A stretch of DNA of 31,016 nt from an uncultured Rhodospirillaceae bacterium (GTDB taxonomy: Bacteria > Pseudomonadota > Alphaproteobacteria > RF32 > CAG-239), in contig ONQU01000121.1 in NCBI GenBank assembly GCA_900320035.1, forward strand, positions 1-31,016, in the 5' to 3' direction. Both the position numbers and the translations under genes were made by a program. Shown here piece after piece: positions 1 to 10,789 of this stretch (positions are counted from its first letter, which is position 1; each line of letters starts with the position of its first letter). Under the pieces are notes generated by a model, which was not told the DNA's origin, ran no database searches, and saw nothing but the letters and a program-made list of their open reading frames with translations.

Positions 1-3000
1 ACCTCTGGCGAGAATGCCATAGCTATCATCGGCCGAATAAACATTGATTGTGCCGCTGTTGGCCAGTGTTCCGGTGGCATCAGCAGTTGAGACCATGGCA
101 TAACTGTTGTTAACATCAATTTCTACTGCTGTTTCACTTGCTTCCTGTCCGACATTAATTGTGCCGCTGTTGGTTACATTGGCACTACCGGATGCTTCCA
201 GACCATAGCTGTTGTCATTGCGAATGTTTAATGTCGCATTATTGTTAACCGAACCGCCGCCGGCATAAATTGCGGCACTGTTCGCATTATGCAAATTGAT
301 GGTTCCGTTATTTTCAATTGTTGCCTCACCGGTAGAATAAATGGCATAGCCGCGTTCGCTTGCCGTTGCATCGTTATAAAGATTTATGATGCCGTTGGTT
401 GCGTTCGTAATGGTTGCAGTTCCGTCGGTATAAATGGCATAGCTGTTTTTCACCGGCGTTGTTGCTTGTCCAACATTGATTGTGCCGCTGTTAGTCAATT
501 TAGCCGTCACAGGTGTGTCAACACCGGCATACATACCATAAGCATTGTTGTTATAAAGGTTAATGATGCCTTGATTATCAGCCTTGGCGTTACCTTCAAG
601 CCAGATTGCACCGCCTTGATTTGAAGCAGCATCGTTTTGGGTATAAACATCAATTGTTCCTTTATTGGTTATAACAGATGTTGAATTGGTATTGGAAAAA
701 ATACCATAACCGGTGCTGATTTGTTTGTCATTAGAGCCGATTTGAATATTTGCACCGCTGTCATTCAAAACTTCTTGAGAATTACCGCCCAAATAAATAG
801 CAGCACTTTCATCCCCGTTCATTTGAATTACACCGCGGTTATGTACCTTTGATGCGCTGGAAGCATACATACCAAGTGAATGTTTATAATCTACCGTGAT
901 TTCCGCACCACTTGCATTGATAACACTTGAGCCTTTTTCCGAAGCACTGGCCATTGCTGCCGCATATTCGGAATTGGTTACAATGGTGCCATAATTGACA
1001 ATTTGCGCTTTTTCATCAGTTGTAGAACTTAAGAACATACCGATAGCATTGGTCATATTTGTACTGCCGGTTTTGTTTTTGAGTGTAATTGTGCCGTAAT
1101 TCAAGCCCTGTCCTTCAGCGGTGTTAACCTGCATGGCCGCTACAAATGAAGCATTTTCAATGTTAATGGCGGCGGTGCTTCCCATTTCGTCACCGTTATA
1201 AATCTGTTCGGTGGTTGAACTGGTACTGTTGGCTGCTGTATCTAACACGCCAATACCAATTGTCGGCACATAATTTGTAAACGGTTCTGAACCGTCGGTA
1301 GGGGCCGTTGTTGCCGTATAATCTGTTGTGCTTTCCGGATTATTGTCATAATAAGGTCGCGCATTATAGTTGATTGTGCCTTTATTGATGGCGTTAGAAT
1401 AAGCACCGGCAAAAATTTTGGTGCTACGCGCATTGTCATAGACATTGATTGTGCCGTCGTTTACCATTTCCGTTCCGCCACCAAAGTCATTTTGCATGGC
1501 TACCGATGAATATGAATAAATATTTATGGTGTTGGTGTTAACTAACTTGGCATACGGTGTTACCGTGCCGGCGGCATACATGGCTATATTATTTTTATAT
1601 TTTGTGTTGGTTGGAATACCTAGAGTAATATTGCCTGAATTTGCCAACGTTCCGCTGTTGAAAGTTGCCATACCGTAGCTGTTACTGGCGGTAATATTGA
1701 TATTGCTGCCATTGGTCAAACTTGGTTGTGGCCGCGTATATAAACTGGAAACTTGTCCGCTTCCTTCTACCGAAAGCATACCATAGTTAATACGATTATT
1801 AGTTTCCGGTGTGGTAATTGCGATACTGCCGCTGTTGGTAATTGTGCCGCCGTGTACGGCTTGCATACCGGCTGAAACATTAACTCCTTCACTGGTGCCG
1901 TTATCATCTAAATTTATGGTAATTGTGCCGTTATTGTTTGCACTACCATTAGCATCGGCACGCATACCGACAATGCCACCCAAACCGTCGCGTAAGTCAG
2001 TTTCTGCCGAGGTTGTGTATGATCCTGCATAACGCAACAGAATATCACCATTATTAACCAAATTCACTTTTTCGGCGCGATTGATATTTTTTGAGCCGTT
2101 TAAAAATCCATAGTCCAAATAACTACCCATGCCGACCAGTTCTACAGCCACATTTGAAGCGCTACCGGTTCCGGCATTTAGAGAAATTGATCCCGCATTT
2201 GTAATGTTTATGGTGTCTTGATTCAGATTCTGTCCGGTATTGATAATCATCGCTTCCATACCAATTAATGAACCGATGATTGCGGTGGTCGAATCGGCTA
2301 AAGTGGCCGTTCCTAAAATATCACCATTGTTAATAATGGTTGACTTGGTATCAGCATACATACCAATTACTGTTTCTTTGCTATTTTTACCGGCAAAGAA
2401 AATATCGATACCGTTACCGACAGCAGACTTTCCATAATTTACTGCCGTTGAGCCTTCACTGGCAACCATAGCGATTGATGCGTTCTGTACTTGTTTTAAA
2501 TTGATATATCCGTAGTTTTCAACCAAACTGTTTTTTAGAGCATCCATGCCAATTGTGCCATTGCCGATTTCCATAACCGTGCCGGCCGTGTTGACATAGC
2601 TGCCATTGTTGTAGGCTTTTAAAACCACATCCAAGTAGTCGGAATTTTGTAAAACATTATTGTTAAAAAATACGGAATAAATGTTTTGTTTGCCGTTGGA
2701 ATGTTCTTGATAAGTTGTATTCTGCATGGCTGCTGCTGTGGCATTTTTATCAACCGTACCATTTTGAGCGGCTGTTGCACCCAAGCTGTTGTAATCTTCT
2801 TGAGGATCTGGTGTCTTTGACGAACTGCTACCGCCGCCGCCACCGCCGCCACCGAGGGCAATAGCCGCGACGATACCGCCGACCAATAATGCTCCGCCAG
2901 TCCACCAAACCCATGGCGAAACTTTGTATTCTTCTTTACCTAAGGCACTATATGCTTCACGCGAATTAGCTGTCATCGGTACCGCATTTGAGTTACGCAC

Positions 3001-3330
3001 AAATTCATTATAATTATCAATATATTGTGTACATGGATGGTGCGGATTGGCTCCGGCGGCTCGAAATGCATTATATGCTCTGATATCGCGGCGTTCGGCA
3101 GCGACACACAAGCCGGTGTAGCCATTACTGTTTGTCGCATCAATATTTAACCCACGATACATGGAAGCACGTAGGCCTTCAACTTCACCGTTGTGCGCCA
3201 TAGCATACATGCGATTAAACGACTCTGGCGGTAAACCCCAAGCTTTAGCATTTTGCGGTATTGAAGCCAATATAAACGAATATATTGTTACACCGCATAC
3301 AGTTTTAATAAATAGCGAATTTTTAAGCAT
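1..3330 (-). CDS. Large surface adhesin / autotransporter-like passenger protein, 3'-partial (runs off the left edge, >=1110 aa)
   Basis: Hand translation from ATG 3328-3330 (AAGGT RBS just upstream) is stop-free to base 1. It begins MLKNSLFIKTVCGVTIYSFILASIPQNAKA|W (signal peptide), then an ankyrin-like segment, a hydrophobic stretch plus Gly8, then many N[SN]GTIN[VL]-type beta-helix repeats as in BigA/Fusobacterium-type passengers. The beta-barrel is not visible in the window. Missing from the ORF track because no stop falls in the window. Confidence 0.8.
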   Translation of the reverse strand, partial: MLKNSLFIKTVCGVTIYSFILASIPQNAKAWGLPPESFNRMYAMAHNGEVEGLRASMYRGLNIDATNSNGYTGLCVAAERRDIRAYNAFRAAGANPHHPCTQYIDNYNEFVRNSNAVPMTANSREAYSALGKEEYKVSPWVWWTGGALLVGGIVAAIALGGGGGGGGSSSSKTPDPQEDYNSLGATAAQNGTVDKNATAAAMQNTTYQEHSNGKQNIYSVFFNNNVLQNSDYLDVVLKAYNNGSYVNTAGTVMEIGNGTIGMDALKNSLVENYGYINLKQVQNASIAMVASEGSTAVNYGKSAVGNGIDIFFAGKNSKETVIGMYADTKSTIINNGDILGTATLADSTTAIIGSLIGMEAMIINTGQNLNQDTINITNAGSISLNAGTGSASNVAVELVGMGSYLDYGFLNGSKNINRAEKVNLVNNGDILLRYAGSYTTSAETDLRDGLGGIVGMRADANGSANNNGTITINLDDNGTSEGVNVSAGMQAVHGGTITNSGSIAITTPETNNRINYGMLSVEGSGQVSSLYTRPQPSLTNGSNINITASNSYGMATFNSGTLANSGNITLGIPTNTKYKNNIAMYAAGTVTPYAKLVNTNTINIYSYSSVAMQNDFGGGTEMVNDGTINVYDNARSTKIFAGAYSNAINKGTINYNARPYYDNNPESTTDYTATTAPTDGSEPFTNYVPTIGIGVLDTAANSTSSTTEQIYNGDEMGSTAAINIENASFVAAMQVNTAEGQGLNYGTITLKNKTGSTNMTNAIGMFLSSTTDEKAQIVNYGTIVTNSEYAAAMASASEKGSSVINASGAEITVDYKHSLGMYASSASKVHNRGVIQMNGDESAAIYLGGNSQEVLNDSGANIQIGSNDKQISTGYGIFSNTNSTSVITNKGTIDVYTQNDAASNQGGAIWLEGNAKADNQGIINLYNNNAYGMYAGVDTPVTAKLTNSGTINVGQATTPVKNSYAIYTDGTATITNATNGIINLYNDATASERGYAIYSTGEATIENNGTINLHNANSAAIYAGGGSVNNNATLNIRNDNSYGLEASGSANVTNSGTINVGQEASETAVEIDVNNSYAMVSTADATGTLANSGTINVYSADDSYGILARG

Positions 3331-3399
3331 AGTAAACCTTTCAGACACATTCACTCGGCTGTATCCTATAAGGAAAGGTTTAAATTTTGGTAAAAAACT

Positions 3400-3424
3400 A
3401 AAAAGAAACGGCGCCGCAGCGCCG
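3400..3424 (-). terminator. Intrinsic terminator after trxA
   Basis: Minus strand reads CGGCGC-TGCG-GCGCCG followed by TTTCTTTTT, 25 nt past the trxA stop. Confidence 0.75.
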
Positions 3425-3449
3425 CTATACTCGCCATATTGATAAAAAA

Positions 3450-3764
3450 CTATTTATGCGCTTCAATCCAAGATAACAGAGTTGATTCGGTATTTAAACC
3501 AACCTTGGTATCTACTTGTTTGCCATCTTTAAACAAAAATAATGTCGGAATACTGCGAATGCCAAATTGGCTTGCTACTTGCGGTGAGTCATCGACATTC
3601 ATTTTATAAACTTTGACATCGCTGAGCTGGCTATCAATTGATTCTAAAATAGGACCAAGTTGACGGCAAGGACCGCACCATTCGGCCCAAAAATCTACTA
3701 AAACAAGACCCTTAGAATTTAAAACATTTTCTGAAAATTGGCTGTCTGTTAACGGCTGCGTCAT
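3450..3764 (-). CDS. trxA: Thioredoxin
   Basis: VLVDFWAEWCGPC active site and FGIRSIPTL cis-Pro loop; 104 aa. Confidence 0.97.
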   Translation of the reverse strand: MTQPLTDSQFSENVLNSKGLVLVDFWAEWCGPCRQLGPILESIDSQLSDVKVYKMNVDDSPQVASQFGIRSIPTLFLFKDGKQVDTKVGLNTESTLLSWIEAHK

Positions 3765-3873
3765 TTTTTTCTCCTTTTAAAATATGTTAAGCCTGTAGGC
3801 AATATATGTTATTTTTTTGTAATATTAAAGGTTCTGAAGCAAAATACAATACTTTTTTATAGATATATTATTA

Positions 3874-5613
3874 TTAAAATTTGGTAAGATTTTGCATTTG
3901 GTAAAATTGAGCGTATGCACCTTGCGTTTGCAGCAATTTATCGTGCGTTCCTTCTTCTATAATTTTACCATTATCCATAACCACCAGACGGTCCATTTCT
4001 TTTAAGGTAGACAGCCGGTGGGCAATGGCAATAACGGTTTTGCCCTGCATCAGTTTTTTGAGCGATTTTTGAATGTATTGCTCACTTTCGCTATCAAGCG
4101 CCGATGTGGCTTCATCTAAGATTAGAATTGGTGCATTTTTCAAAATAGCGCGGGCAATGGCAATGCGCTGGCGTTCACCGCCGGAAAGCATAACACCGCG
4201 CTCGCCGACTTTACTTTGATATCCGTGCGGAAGTTTGAGGATAAACTCGTCGGCATATGCCATTTTTGCAGCCTTTATCACTTCTTCGTCAGTGGCTTTG
4301 ACATTGCCGTAGCGTATGTTTTCCATAATGGTGCGGTTAAACAAAGCTGTATCTTGCGGAATAACGGCAATATGCGCGCGCAAACTTTCTTGTCGGACTT
4401 GTGCGATATCTTGGCCGCCCACGGTAATTTTGCCGCTTTGCAAGTCATAATAGCGCACCAAAAGTTTTATTAAGGTAGATTTTCCGCTGCCGGAATGGCC
4501 GACCAAACCGACTTTTTCGCCTGATTTTATTTTAAGCGTGAATTTATTGAACAAATTTTCTTTATGATTATAGTGATAAGTAATATTATCAAACACAATG
4601 GTTTTGCCGCGCATTTTCAGCGGTTTGGCATTTTCACAATCTATAACGGTGCACGGCGTATATATCATCTCCAAGCCGTCTTTAACTTGGCCGTAAGCGC
4701 GTGAAAATTCGCCGGCCAGCCAGCCGAAGCCATACATATCGTGCACCATACGGCTGATGAGTGTGAAGCAGAGCAATACGCCCTCTAAAGGCAAATTAAA
4801 TTTGAACCAAAAATAAAAAATTAAGCCAATATAGATTATGCGCATAAAATCAAAACAACTGTTACCAATCCAGTTATAAACCGAATCTTGGCGATTTTCT
4901 ACCTGTTCGGCGCGCACGGCTTGGCTAAGACTTCGATAAAAAAGATGCTTTTCATAAAAATAGTTCGCAAAACTTTTCAATAAATCACTATTTGTAACCG
5001 TATCAATAAAAATTCCTTCGGTTTCGGTCATCAGGCGCGCACGATTATAAGCATATTTGCCGACTCGGTAACGAATAAAACACGCCAATACAATAAAAAT
5101 GATATTCATCACGGCGAAAATTAAACCGAGCAAAATATTAACATACATAATAAACACAATGCTTACCGCAACACCAATAAGCGGATTAACCAGTGCAAAG
5201 GCTGTCATACGGCAAATTTGCGCCGTGCCGCTGACCACATTTTTAACTTTAGCGGCAATTTTACCGGACATTTCTTCTTGAAAAAAAGAAATGGAATGAT
5301 GGTGAACTGTTTTGAATAAATCCTTAAAAATAAGGCTGTTAAAATAAGGCAAAAATTTTGCTTGGGCAACGCGCACAACTAAATCAAGCAGGCTGTCAAC
5401 AGCAATTAGCGCCATATAAATTGCTAAAGCTATAATGATGTGCCGCAAAATACCGGAATCTTTAAGATAGTCCGGCAGCAAGCCTAAGGCACGCGCCATA
5501 TAAAACGATTCAAAGCGCAAAATGACCGCGTGGCCGATAACCGAAAGCATAATAATGGTTGCCAGCATTTTGGTTTTGCGCAAATATTTGAAAATAAAGG
5601 CAAAGACGTTCAC
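3874..5613 (-). CDS. ABC exporter, fused TMD + ATPase (MsbA/ABCB-like)
   Basis: N-terminal multi-TM domain; Walker A GHSGSGKST, signature LSGGERQR, Walker B ILILDEATSALD, H-loop IAHRLST. Confidence 0.93.
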   Translation of the reverse strand: MNVFAFIFKYLRKTKMLATIIMLSVIGHAVILRFESFYMARALGLLPDYLKDSGILRHIIIALAIYMALIAVDSLLDLVVRVAQAKFLPYFNSLIFKDLFKTVHHHSISFFQEEMSGKIAAKVKNVVSGTAQICRMTAFALVNPLIGVAVSIVFIMYVNILLGLIFAVMNIIFIVLACFIRYRVGKYAYNRARLMTETEGIFIDTVTNSDLLKSFANYFYEKHLFYRSLSQAVRAEQVENRQDSVYNWIGNSCFDFMRIIYIGLIFYFWFKFNLPLEGVLLCFTLISRMVHDMYGFGWLAGEFSRAYGQVKDGLEMIYTPCTVIDCENAKPLKMRGKTIVFDNITYHYNHKENLFNKFTLKIKSGEKVGLVGHSGSGKSTLIKLLVRYYDLQSGKITVGGQDIAQVRQESLRAHIAVIPQDTALFNRTIMENIRYGNVKATDEEVIKAAKMAYADEFILKLPHGYQSKVGERGVMLSGGERQRIAIARAILKNAPILILDEATSALDSESEQYIQKSLKKLMQGKTVIAIAHRLSTLKEMDRLVVMDNGKIIEEGTHDKLLQTQGAYAQFYQMQNLTKF

Positions 5614-5615
5614 TT

Positions 5616-6611
5616 TTATAAAATCTCCCGATGGCGTTTTTTCAGATGTGTCAGTTTATCGCTGACAACACCCGTATCATGTCCGGCGTATGCCAGACGG
5701 CTATACATCTTTTCAATTTCCCGCTCTAAAAAAGCTGTTTCAACACTTGCAACCAATGCTTGTTTTTGTTCGTTGGTGCCATTTTTTTCTATGTGTTTAA
5801 CTTCAGCAAAACAATCTTCAACATCTTTTCCATAAACATTTTTTTGCTTAATATAATAAGGTAGTTTATAAATTAGTAATCGAGCATTGGTATAATGTTC
5901 TTTACTATTTGAACACTTATAGCAGGTCATTTTTAAGAGCCGAAAGGCAATTTCAAGTTCTTCAGCATCATCAACCACAATAAAAGGCACCGGATCGGCA
6001 AATCCTTCGTGTACCATCAATTTTAAAAATTCTAACAAATGGTGAAAATAACCGTTGATGTTGTAAAGAATAAAAGGCTTCATCGGTAAAAGACCATCTT
6101 GCATGGCTACACAATCATAAGCTAATTCATCCAAGGTGCCGACACCGCCGGGAGCAAAAACCACGTAATCGGCATTTAAGAGTTTCTGTTTGCGTTCTTC
6201 TAATGTACGCGCCACAACAACTTCCATTTTAGCAATTAATGTGTCATCACTCGGATACAGTTTGTAATATTCGGCAGTAGTAATTCCCTGAATAGGTAAG
6301 TTCCCTCTTTTTTCTTTGGCGTTCCAACTATCAAGCACACCGCGTGCCACGGCGCCCATAATACCGCTGTTAGAAAGACCAAAATCGAGACGGAAATCCA
6401 TTTTAACGATTTTTTGCCCTAAACGGTACGCTTCAGCAACATATTGTTCGTCATTACCGGCACGTGAACCGCCGGCTACAAAGACACGAATACCGGCCTT
6501 GCTGTTTTCGGCTTTAAACAGTTCTATGGCTTGATCTTCATCCTTTGTTGTCTTTGCACTTGTTTTTACTAAATGCCGAGGCATCATTTCGTCCGAGCGA
6601 TCATGTTTCAT
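5616..6611 (-). CDS. LOG-family nucleotide phosphoribohydrolase with C-terminal helical extension
   Basis: Rossmann start RVFVAGGSR...AYRLG...GIMGAVARG; EERK and PGGVGTLDE LOG motifs; roughly 90-100 extra C-terminal residues. Confidence 0.8.
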   Translation of the reverse strand: MKHDRSDEMMPRHLVKTSAKTTKDEDQAIELFKAENSKAGIRVFVAGGSRAGNDEQYVAEAYRLGQKIVKMDFRLDFGLSNSGIMGAVARGVLDSWNAKEKRGNLPIQGITTAEYYKLYPSDDTLIAKMEVVVARTLEERKQKLLNADYVVFAPGGVGTLDELAYDCVAMQDGLLPMKPFILYNINGYFHHLLEFLKLMVHEGFADPVPFIVVDDAEELEIAFRLLKMTCYKCSNSKEHYTNARLLIYKLPYYIKQKNVYGKDVEDCFAEVKHIEKNGTNEQKQALVASVETAFLEREIEKMYSRLAYAGHDTGVVSDKLTHLKKRHREIL

Positions 6612-6613
6612 GG

Positions 6614-7756
<1,143 letters not shown>

Positions 7757-8902
7757 TTATTCGTCTTTATAAACTTTACTGCCGGGTGGTACCGGTTTAC
7801 CAATACCTTTTTGGAGCAATTTAGAGGATATAAAACCCATTTCACCTTTATCTAACACAACTTTATACCATTTTTTATCCGGTGTGTAGCCGAATAAGCG
7901 CACGGTTTGATTGGCTTGACCATAGGCCATAGGCTGATAACGTTCATCGGGACCATGGTAAATCAGACAATCTTCCGTAATATGATATAAATATTCACGG
8001 CTGTGTATGTCACTGCTTACTTTCATCACATGCGAATCGACCATATCGTAAGCCATTACTTGTCCATTATCCATTTCTATAACAGAGAAATAGCCCTGTG
8101 GCAGGTAATCTTTAGTAATTTTAGAGCCAATCGCAAAGAGAATAATTAAAAGCAGAATAAAAGGCAATAATGCTTGACGCCATTTCAGTTCACGTGCTTG
8201 CCAACGCGGTAATTTAACGGTATGAGAGGGACTAAAGTTAAGCTCTCGGATATAAAGTGTGAGAAGGGTTTGAGCACGCGTGTAGTGTAATTTTTCCGCT
8301 AAAAGATAGGCTTGATTAGCATAAATCCATGCCATTTCAATATTATTTTCCTGTTCGTAAGCAAGGGTATTATGGAGTAAAAGCTGCAAATTATCAAGGT
8401 CTTCGGCTTTAGCAGCGCGAAGGTTATATTGAATGGCGGCAATATTTTTTAAAAATGCGTCAGGTGCCCACCATCCGCCTAACCAATTAGCGCGTGCTGT
8501 GCTTCCTACCAAGGACATGGCTTCACGGAAAGTGCAAATATCTTTTGTTTCAATAATTTGCGATTTTTTGAAGTTTGGTTTAACGCGCCTTTGTTTTAAA
8601 ACGCGCAAAGCTTTATCTTCCTTACCGGCTTGATTTTTATATATTTTTAAAGAACCGAGAGAGGGAAAATTTTGCTTGTTATAAACCAAGGAAAGTAAAT
8701 CATACTGCCGACGCAATTTTTCATCTTTTAAAATGTCGTAAGCAACGGAAACCTTTTGAAACATTTCCAATGCTTTTGTATCTTCATTATGGTCAGGGTG
8801 CCAAAATTTAGCGCGCGTATAATATTGGCGCTTAATTGTTGCCGCATCGGCGTCATAAGCTGTTTCAAGGACCTTATAATATTCTAAAGGATCAAAGTCC
8901 AT
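7757..8902 (-). CDS. J-domain (DnaJ-like) membrane protein with C-terminal SH3-like domain
   Basis: YYKVLE...AKFWHPD...AYDILKDEKLRRQYD J-domain; NWLGGWW middle domain; TM segment ALLPFILLLIILFAIG; C-terminal KKWYKVVLDKGEMGFISSKLL resembles SH3b. Confidence 0.8.
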   Translation of the reverse strand: MDFDPLEYYKVLETAYDADAATIKRQYYTRAKFWHPDHNEDTKALEMFQKVSVAYDILKDEKLRRQYDLLSLVYNKQNFPSLGSLKIYKNQAGKEDKALRVLKQRRVKPNFKKSQIIETKDICTFREAMSLVGSTARANWLGGWWAPDAFLKNIAAIQYNLRAAKAEDLDNLQLLLHNTLAYEQENNIEMAWIYANQAYLLAEKLHYTRAQTLLTLYIRELNFSPSHTVKLPRWQARELKWRQALLPFILLLIILFAIGSKITKDYLPQGYFSVIEMDNGQVMAYDMVDSHVMKVSSDIHSREYLYHITEDCLIYHGPDERYQPMAYGQANQTVRLFGYTPDKKWYKVVLDKGEMGFISSKLLQKGIGKPVPPGSKVYKDE

Positions 8903-9683
8903 GGTGTTTCTCCTGTTCTAAAATTTTGCCGGCAATATTAACAACATCTTCTGAAGCTTCAGCATTAGGATAGCGGTTAAGTAATAAAGCGCCATTGCGG
9001 ATGGCATCACGTATTCGTGTGTCACGACGAATGACTCCCATAAGCGGCGGTGTTTTTTTCACATATTGTTCGCAAGCTCGCCGTAGGGAATTATAGGTAC
9101 GTAAACCGGCTTCGTATGAATTAGCATAGTTAACAATAATTTGGAGCTCAGCGTAATTATCACGAATATCATTGCTTTGTAAAAAATTATAAGTGGATAC
9201 TAAATTAGAAAGATCATCTGTACAAATTAACAGCAAATTTATCTCGTGAGGCATAAGATGCTTAATGATTTTTTCGGTTGCCGGCAAATCGATGATAACG
9301 TATTGATAATTTTGTGCTAATGCCATTAAATCTTCACGTAAAAGGTGTAGTTGTCCGATGGGGACATCTTCCAGCAGGTTACTGCCGGAAGGGGCACTTA
9401 ATATGTGAAATTTATGTTTGTTAAGAGGGGTTAATGCCTGATTGATTGTCAGGTGACCATCTAATACTTCGCCGAGTGTGTTATGATCATCAAGGCCGAG
9501 TTGAAAATTTAAATTTAATAAGCCCCCCGCTGCGTCAAAAAGTAAGACGCTGCGATGTTGTTGGTTAAGAGCATGGGCTAATGTTGTTGCCAACCAAGTC
9601 TTTCCAACACTGCCGGCTCCGGAAGTTATGGCAATGAAGTTATGTTTGCGTTGTAAAAATAAGTTTTTATCTATATTTATCAT
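8892..9683 (-). CDS. MinD/FlhG(FleN)-family ParA-like ATPase with degenerate motifs
   Basis: IAITSGAGSVGKT P-loop, VLLFDA..GL.NL, YVIIDL, IIVNYA, GVIRRD..IRDAI follow the FlhG/MinD layout. Confidence 0.8.
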   Translation of the reverse strand: MINIDKNLFLQRKHNFIAITSGAGSVGKTWLATTLAHALNQQHRSVLLFDAAGGLLNLNFQLGLDDHNTLGEVLDGHLTINQALTPLNKHKFHILSAPSGSNLLEDVPIGQLHLLREDLMALAQNYQYVIIDLPATEKIIKHLMPHEINLLLICTDDLSNLVSTYNFLQSNDIRDNYAELQIIVNYANSYEAGLRTYNSLRRACEQYVKKTPPLMGVIRRDTRIRDAIRNGALLLNRYPNAEASEDVVNIAGKILEQEKHHGL

Positions 9684-9797
9684 CTTGAGCTTTTGAAATT
9701 TATTTTATAATATGATACAAGACTATCGTTTTTATGCAAAGAATTAAAATCTTTTTAACACAATTTATTTACAATGCGGTGTAGAGGTGTGTGGAAA

Positions 9798-10781
9798 ATG
9801 AGTAAAAAGGGCTTATTTTGGGTATTTTTGGTGGCATTACTGGTTAATGTCGCGACGATTGCGCTTGCCCAACATAATTCTATGGTGCAACGCATTGACT
9901 ACCTAAGTGATACTCTTCTGATCGTTGGGCGCAATAATTTTCCGCCGTTTTCAGATTACAAAGTAAGCCACGGTAAAGTTTTTTTGCAAAGCGTCTTTTT
10001 GAAACCGTTGCAAAAGGCTATGAAGAATCATCCGGCAAAATTAAAATCTCCGGTCTTTAATTATAATCAACATCCTGATTTGGATAGTTTAGCTTTTCAA
10101 GCGCAATTTGGAGAATATAACTTATTTATCGGTGCTTATGCCGATACGAAAGAATATAAAGGTTTAGATTTAATTTATCCGGCGGTTGTTTCTAATCCGA
10201 TACATATTATTACATTGCCGGAAAATGCCGCTAGAATTAGTGATAAAGCGGCGCTTACCAAGTTTCGCGGTTTGGTGGTTGATACGGAAATATATAATAA
10301 TTTCAGCAAACGTAAAATTAAAGAGTTAAATGCAGAACATGTGGCAACGCCACTTGAAGCTTATGAAAAGTTATTTACCAAGCAAGTGGATTATATTATC
10401 GGCGGTTTATATTATCATCGTATTATGTCCAGCCAATATGGTTTAGATCCTTTTTTGAGTTATTCTAAAAAGCCGCTGTTTAAAATTCCGGTATTTGTTG
10501 CTATGTCTAAAACGACACCGAAATTTTCGCTTTATCAAAAGGCTTTTCAGGAAGCTTTTGCTGATCCGGCATTCGGTAATGAAGTAAAAAAGGAAATTTT
10601 GCAGATGGTTGAAGATGTATTGGCGCAAAATCGGGGAATTGTTCCGCCGGCATTTGCTCAAGCGGCTGAGCCGGCCGAAAATAAAACAATAGATGAAGAA
10701 GTTGAAAAGCAACCGCTTGGCCATATTATTGAGCAGAAGGTTGAAGAAAAAACATTTGATGAAGTATTAGAGGGAATATAG
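9798..10781 (+). CDS. Periplasmic substrate-binding protein, family 3-like
   Basis: Signal peptide (MSKKGLFWVFLVALLVNVATIALA); NFPPFS motif, a LTKFRGLVV segment, LFTKQVDYII; acidic C-terminal tail. Start chosen at ATG 9798. Confidence 0.65.
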   Translation: MSKKGLFWVFLVALLVNVATIALAQHNSMVQRIDYLSDTLLIVGRNNFPPFSDYKVSHGKVFLQSVFLKPLQKAMKNHPAKLKSPVFNYNQHPDLDSLAFQAQFGEYNLFIGAYADTKEYKGLDLIYPAVVSNPIHIITLPENAARISDKAALTKFRGLVVDTEIYNNFSKRKIKELNAEHVATPLEAYEKLFTKQVDYIIGGLYYHRIMSSQYGLDPFLSYSKKPLFKIPVFVAMSKTTPKFSLYQKAFQEAFADPAFGNEVKKEILQMVEDVLAQNRGIVPPAFAQAAEPAENKTIDEEVEKQPLGHIIEQKVEEKTFDEVLEGI

Positions 10782-10789
10782 GAGGAAAT

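Noticed and set aside
289-3442. ORF-track calls 289..624, 1242..1445, 1811..2032, 2240..2437, 2619..2861 and 3161..3442
   Set aside because: They are antisense or off-frame shadows of the single 1..3330 minus-strand adhesin ORF.
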